64,000 bases of DNA. Origin: Candidatus Eiseniibacteriota bacterium. Lineage in GTDB: Bacteria > Eisenbacteria > RBG-16-71-46 > CAIMUX01 > VGJL01. How positions within the stretch are numbered: the stretch's first letter is position 1; every line of letters begins with the position of its first letter. The position numbers and the translations under genes were made by a program. The notes under the pieces were generated by a model. The model did not search any database. It was not told the origin of the DNA and was given only the letters and a program-made list of their open reading frames with translations. Below are positions 57,862 to 64,000 of this stretch, one piece after another. The stretch lies in assembly GCA_963792585.1 (NCBI GenBank), contig CAWBWI010000001.1:1216001-1280000 (forward strand), written 5' to 3'.

Positions 57862-59938
57862 GTGAGAGCTCGGCGTGGGATCGGGGTCTGCTTGGCGGTG
57901 GCGGCTCTTTCTTGGTCCGCCTCCGTCGACGCCCGTATGCCCTCGCGTGACGGGGGCTCTACGGAAAAGGTGCAGGTCCTCGACGTTCCCTTCGTCCCCC
58001 AGAGCGGAGAACTGTGCGGCGGGGCCGCGCTCGCCATGGTTTTGCGCTACTGGGGGATGCCCGGCGTCCTCGCCGAGGACTTCACTGCACTGTTGGAGCC
58101 AGGACTGGCGGGCATACGAACCGGCGCCCTCGTGAACGCCGTCGAGTCCTACGGATGGACCGCGCTTCCCTTGCCGGGGACTGCGGCTGAGGCTCGGAAC
58201 CACCTCGCTCAAGGGCGCCCTGTCATCGCGCTGATCCGGGCCGGTTCAGGCTCCAATCACTACGTAGTGGTCCTGGCCCGAGCCAACGGGTGGGTGGTTC
58301 TCCATGACCCGAACGTGGGGCCGTTCCGGGCCGTTCGCGAAAGCGTGTTCGACGCCGCCTGGTCCGAAACTGGACGGTGGGCGCTTCTGGTACTGCCTCC
58401 GCCCAAGACCGATGAGCAGAACGCGCCGTATCTCGCGACAGCCGACTCCACGACGTTCGAGGCTCCGGAGGCGTGCGATTCGATGGTGGAGGCGGGGATT
58501 CTCTTGGCGCAGCAAGGAGACACGGCGGCAGCGGAACTCCAGTTCCTGGCGGCCCAGTCGCCTGTCGCCCGCCTCCGCCGCGCCGCTGCGCGAACGCGCG
58601 GGACTGCGATTTCGCGCCGAGGACTGGGCGGGCGCGGGTCGACTGGCGGAGCGCGCCCTCGCCCTCGATCCGCGCGATGCATCCACCTGGCGGTTCCTCG
58701 CAGGCGCCCGCTTCCTGGCCGATGACGTCGACGGCGCGCTCTCCGCGTGGAACCATGTGTCCGAACCGCGGACCGACCTGACACGTATCGATGGTCTGAC
58801 GCGCATCCGCTTCTCGGCCGTGGCCCGCCAGCTCAACCTGCCGCCGGGGCGGCTTCTCACACCGAGCGCCTTCCGCCAGGCCCGCCGTCGTCTGGCCGAA
58901 GTGCCGGCCCAGTCGGAGTTCCTGTTGAGCTTGAGACCCCTTCCGGGCGGCAACGCTCAAGTGAACGTGACACTCCTGGAACGCCCGCCCGTGTTCGATG
59001 GTCCCTTGGATGTCGGGAGCGCAGGCATCAAGGCTCTCACCGGACGTGAGATCGCTCTGGATGTCGCAAGCCCCACCGGGAATGGCGAGTTGTGGACTGC
59101 CGGGTGGAGGTGGTGGAAAGACCGGCCCCGCGTCTCGCTGGCGCTGACGATTCCGGCGGCTGGAGGCCGCCCCGGGATCTGGCGACTGGACGGATTCTGG
59201 GAGCGACAGGCCTACGGAGCTCCGGTCGGATTTGGTTCGGGCGACACGACTCGTGCGTCGGTGAGCCGAGAGCAACGCCGACGTACGGCGCTCTCCTTCG
59301 CGGACTGGCTTGGCCCGGATGTGCGTATGGAGGTCGGCGCGGCATTGGATGAATGGGTCGGAAGGGGCGCCCACCTCTCGCTGGAGGGAAGCGTTGAAAC
59401 GCGATGGGCGCGCGACCGTCTGGCGCTGGTAGCAGGGGCGGCACGGTGGGTGAACCTGAAACACGGCGCTCCGTTCGGCACCGGCGTCATGTCCCTCCGA
59501 TGGAGCTCGAACGTTCTGGATGGCAGCGACGCGTGGCAAATCCGCATGGGCGTATCCAGCACGACAGCGGATGCCCCTCTTGCGCTCTGGTCCGGAGCGG
59601 GAACAGGTTACGGGCGCGCGCCGCTCCTCCGTGCTCACCCCCTGCTGGACGGAGGCGTGTTACGCGGCCGGATCTTCGGACGCACGCTCGCCCACGGAAC
59701 GATCGAAAGGCAGGCCTGGCCATGGAGACTCGGGATCGTGCAGATCGGCTGGGCCCTCTTCGTCGACGGCGCCAAACCATGGGACACGGGGCAGACTGCT
59801 CCAATCTCGTGGCAGGTGGATGGCGGGACGGGCCTCCGCCTGCGGGGTTTGGGCATGAAGGGTCAGCTTCGGATCGACGCTGCCCGCGGACTCGAGGATG
59901 GGAGCTCGGCGGTATCCGTCGGCTGGCAGATTCCCTGA
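57862..59938 (+). CDS. C39-like cysteine peptidase (PA2778-like) + TPR + POTRA + Omp85-like beta-barrel (frameshift near 58560)
   Basis: DVPFVPQSGELCGGAALAMVLRYWG, NHYVVV, HDP; TPR AERALALDP; POTRA-like IDGLTRIR...VNVTLLER; barrel end DGGTGLRL...LRIDAARGL...VSVGWQIP. Confidence 0.75.
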
Positions 59939-59950
59939 ATCGGATCGACC

Positions 59951-61627
<1,677 letters not shown>

Positions 61628-61632
61628 CTCCT

Positions 61633-61663
61633 TCAGTTTTGATCGATCCTACTCAGTTCTGAT
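61633..61663. promoter_or_regulatory. Candidate enhancer/autoregulatory pair TCAGTTYTGAT x2, 20-bp period
   Basis: TCAGTTTTGAT (61633) and TCAGTTCTGAT (61653). Confidence 0.55.
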
Positions 61664-61717
61664 GGAACTTACAATCGCCAGTTTCGTTGATGCCCATAAA
61701 CAGCAAGGAGTTAGGCG

Positions 61718-61733
61718 GGGCACGAAAGTGGCT
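61718..61733 (+). promoter_or_regulatory. Sigma-54 promoter (-24/-12) GGGCACGAAAGTGGCT
   Basis: GG and GC at the correct spacing, divergent from the activator gene. Confidence 0.65.
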
Positions 61734-61812
61734 CTTCGGGTTGTCGAGACTCGTGAGCCCCCGGGCGTTCCGCTGGGGGCCAGGCAAATGTCGGCATGTG
61801 AAGGAGACCAGG

Positions 61813-62146
61813 ATGGACGCGGCCCTGGAGACAGATCGAGACGCGGCTCAAGCTCTGGCGCATCCGGATTGATGAGCTCGCATCCGAGATCCAGCGACCC
61901 GGCGCTCAGGCTCGATTCGACTCCCTCATGCACGTCGACGAACTCAAGGCCCTGCTCGCGATTGCACAGTCGAGGTTCGACGCGTACAGGGCGGCTGGAG
62001 ACACGGAGCGGGGACACCTCAAGGTCGAGTTGAAACGCGCCTGGGACGAGATCGATGCCGCCTTCAAGGCTCCGAAGCCTCGTATCATGCGGCGCAAGAC
62101 GGATAGTGAACCGGAGAGCAGGACGAAGGGCAAGACGGATTGCTGA
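61813..62146 (+). CDS. Small coiled-coil stress protein, sll1863-like (frameshift near 61830)
   Basis: AAGGAGA RBS + ATG; QIETRLKLWRIRIDELA...DELKA...RAAGD...LKVELKRAWDEIDAAF. Confidence 0.65.
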
Positions 62147-62234
62147 ATCCGTCGGTTCAAGAGTCGAACAGAGTCAGGGACCTTGACCAAGGGTGACTCC
62201 CCTCGGTCGGTTTCGAACAAAGAGGTACATTCCA

Positions 62235-62898
62235 TGAAACGACATTCCAGCCAGCATTGGCATCCTCGTCTTGATCGCGGCGGCAATCACCGCCGGTTGC
62301 GCACAGGAACGGGACGGCGTTCGAGCCGCCGCGTCGGCGCAGGAGCGGGCCCCGCAGAAGCCCCGCGTCGAGACACTCGTCATTCCGAGCGGGACCAGCG
62401 TCATCGCGTCCCTCGATACGCGACTCTCATCCGAAACGAACCATGCAGGTGACGCGTTCGGCGCCACGACGACCGAACCCGTTATCGTTGCCGGGAAAAC
62501 GGCCATCCCGGCGGGCGCGCGGATCCACGGAGTGCTGCGCGACGTCCAAGCCTCCGGCCGGATCAAGGGCCGCGCCCGTATGACGCTCGCCTACGAGTCG
62601 ATCGTCGACTCGCAGGGCAAGACACACCCAATCTCGGCGCAATCCCTCACGCTTGCAGGCGGCATCCACCACCCATAGCGACGTCGAGAAGATCGCTGCC
62701 GGAGGAATCCTCGGCGCGATCATCGGTGGGGTCACCAAGGGGGGTAAGGGCGCTGCGATCGGCGCAGGCGCGGGGGCGGGCGCCGGAACCATCCTCATGC
62801 TCGCGACGAAGGGCGACGACGTGGAACTCGAAGCGGGTCAGCGACTGAACGTGCAGATGATGTCTCCTACGAGCATTCAGGTGCTGGCGCAGCGATGA
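62235..62898 (+). CDS. Lipoprotein with beta-rich domain and glycine-zipper C-terminus (frameshifted)
   Basis: Lipobox ITAGC; IPSGTSVIASLDTRLSSET..GDAF; IAAGGILGAIIGG..GGKGAAIGAGAGAGAG. Confidence 0.75.
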
Positions 62899-63029
62899 TC
62901 CTGAACCCATCAACGGCCGGCGCCGTCCGATCGATTTCCCATCGGAGATCGAACACGGCGCCCCAATGATGTCACCACTGCGGGCCCGGCAGTTCACGCC
63001 GCAGTCAGAGACAATGAGAGGAGACCGCG

Positions 63030-63530
63030 ATGAAGAGCACTCGAATGATTCTGCTGGCGGCCACGCTGGCCGCTATCTTGGGCCCTGCCCTTGCTTTGGC
63101 GGGTCCCGATACCGATGTCGGTTTCCGGGGATGGGGTCCACGGATCGGGCTGTCGCTCAACCCCGACCAGGTCCACTTCGGAGCCCACCTCGATTTCGGT
63201 AACTTCGCGAAGCACGTTCGCTTTCAACCCAACCTGGAGTTGGGTTTCGGCGACGACGTGAAGCTCTTCACCGCCAACGCCGAGGCGTCGTATCGCTTCA
63301 GCTCCCGCTGGGACGTCTGGTCGCCATACCTCGGCGGCGGGATCGGCGCAAACGTCAAGAGCGTCGATATCGGTAAGGACAGCACCTCACAGACTGACCT
63401 GGGCGTCAACCTGCTGGGCGGGGTCGAGAAAGGACTCTCGGACGGGGATCGGTTCTTCATCGAGGGCAAGTTCAGTCTGAACGACGTCCCCGACGCCAAG
63501 GTCACGGTCGGATGGACGTTCTATCACTAG
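63030..63530 (+). CDS. Small outer-membrane beta-barrel protein
   Basis: Signal peptide ALA; PYLGGGIG, GVNLLGG, FFIEGKF, C-terminal VGWTFYH. Confidence 0.8.
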   Translation: MKSTRMILLAATLAAILGPALALAGPDTDVGFRGWGPRIGLSLNPDQVHFGAHLDFGNFAKHVRFQPNLELGFGDDVKLFTANAEASYRFSSRWDVWSPYLGGGIGANVKSVDIGKDSTSQTDLGVNLLGGVEKGLSDGDRFFIEGKFSLNDVPDAKVTVGWTFYH

Positions 63531-63603
63531 TCGCAAAGCAGCAGGGGCGCCGTCGGTTGGCGTCGCCCTTCCTGCCCCTCGGCGGCATGACAGGAGGTTT
63601 CCC

Positions 63604-63753
63604 ATGTTGTGGACCATTGCAGTCGTACTCGTCGTGCTTTGGCTGCTCGGCCTTCTTACATCTTTCACCATGAACGGGCTCATTCACGTTCTGCTCGTCA
63701 TCGCGATCATCGTCGTGCTTCTTCGCATCATTCAGGGCCGACGGCCGATCTAG
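63604..63753 (+). CDS. lmo0937-family (DUF5670) small membrane protein
   Basis: Not in ORF track; MLWTIAVVLVVLWLLGLLTSFTMNGLIHVLLVIAIIVVLLRIIQGRRPI after AGGAGG RBS. Confidence 0.9.
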   Translation: MLWTIAVVLVVLWLLGLLTSFTMNGLIHVLLVIAIIVVLLRIIQGRRPI

Positions 63754-63902
63754 ACAGCGTGGCGGCGCAGACGCCGCCCGACACGAAGTGCATTGGGGTC
63801 GCTCTCGATGGTCACGGCACTTCCGCCTTGGCAGGTCGAGGACAACAGGGGTTCCGTCGGACATCTGCGGCCCGTCGACGGACTCATCCAGGAGGACTTG
63901 AT

Positions 63903-64000
63903 ATGCGATTCACCCGAAGTCTACTCACCGCGGCGCTGGGTCTCTGTTTCGCGCTGCCGGCCGCGGCTCAGTACATCGGTGTCCTGCAGTCCGCCGAGAC
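63903..64000 (+). CDS. Exported protein, 5' end only
   Basis: GGAGGA RBS; MRFTRSLLTAALGLCFALPAAA-QYIGVLQSAET signal peptide. Confidence 0.7.
   Translation, partial: MRFTRSLLTAALGLCFALPAAAQYIGVLQSAE

Overview
High-GC bacterial chromosomal window from a diderm lineage. Three secreted proteins with FlgD-Ig/T9SS-like C-terminal domains, spoVG and a long Alu-type SRP RNA suggest an FCB-related candidate phylum such as Eisenbacteria; this is inference. 1-21.7 kb (minus strand) is a core housekeeping block: tRNA-Ser x2, tRNA-Ala, SRP RNA, dnaX-ybaB-recR-pgpA-cinA-thpR-recA-recX-alaS-rfbD-ubiA-family-ispE-spoVG-tRNA-Gln-prs-rplY-pth-rpsF-ssb-rpsR-rplI, a PPIase, DUF151, gamma-CA, an AAA-DUF4143 ATPase and the 5' end of fusA. 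21.8-30 kb holds two large secreted CTD proteins, a tRNA-Ser 5' remnant and an OPT transporter. 30.4-39 kb is an extended arsenic/organoarsenical cluster (arsR-arsP-arsE-arsF-arsG, then arsR-Trx-like-ABC-DUF2703-acr3). 39-47 kb is an Ehr (hydrogenase-4-like, no Ni ligands) operon led by an HTH-PTS EIIA fusion. 54.7-64 kb is an apparent sigma-54 regulon of envelope/stress proteins around a XylR/V4R activator. It includes the best novelty candidate: a Gly-Gly-motif PA2779-like protein paired with a C39 peptidase-TPR-POTRA-Omp85-barrel fusion. Many genes, including essential ones, carry frameshifts that are most likely long-read assembly errors, so their boundaries are approximate. Family assignments come from motif recognition by eye, not database searches.
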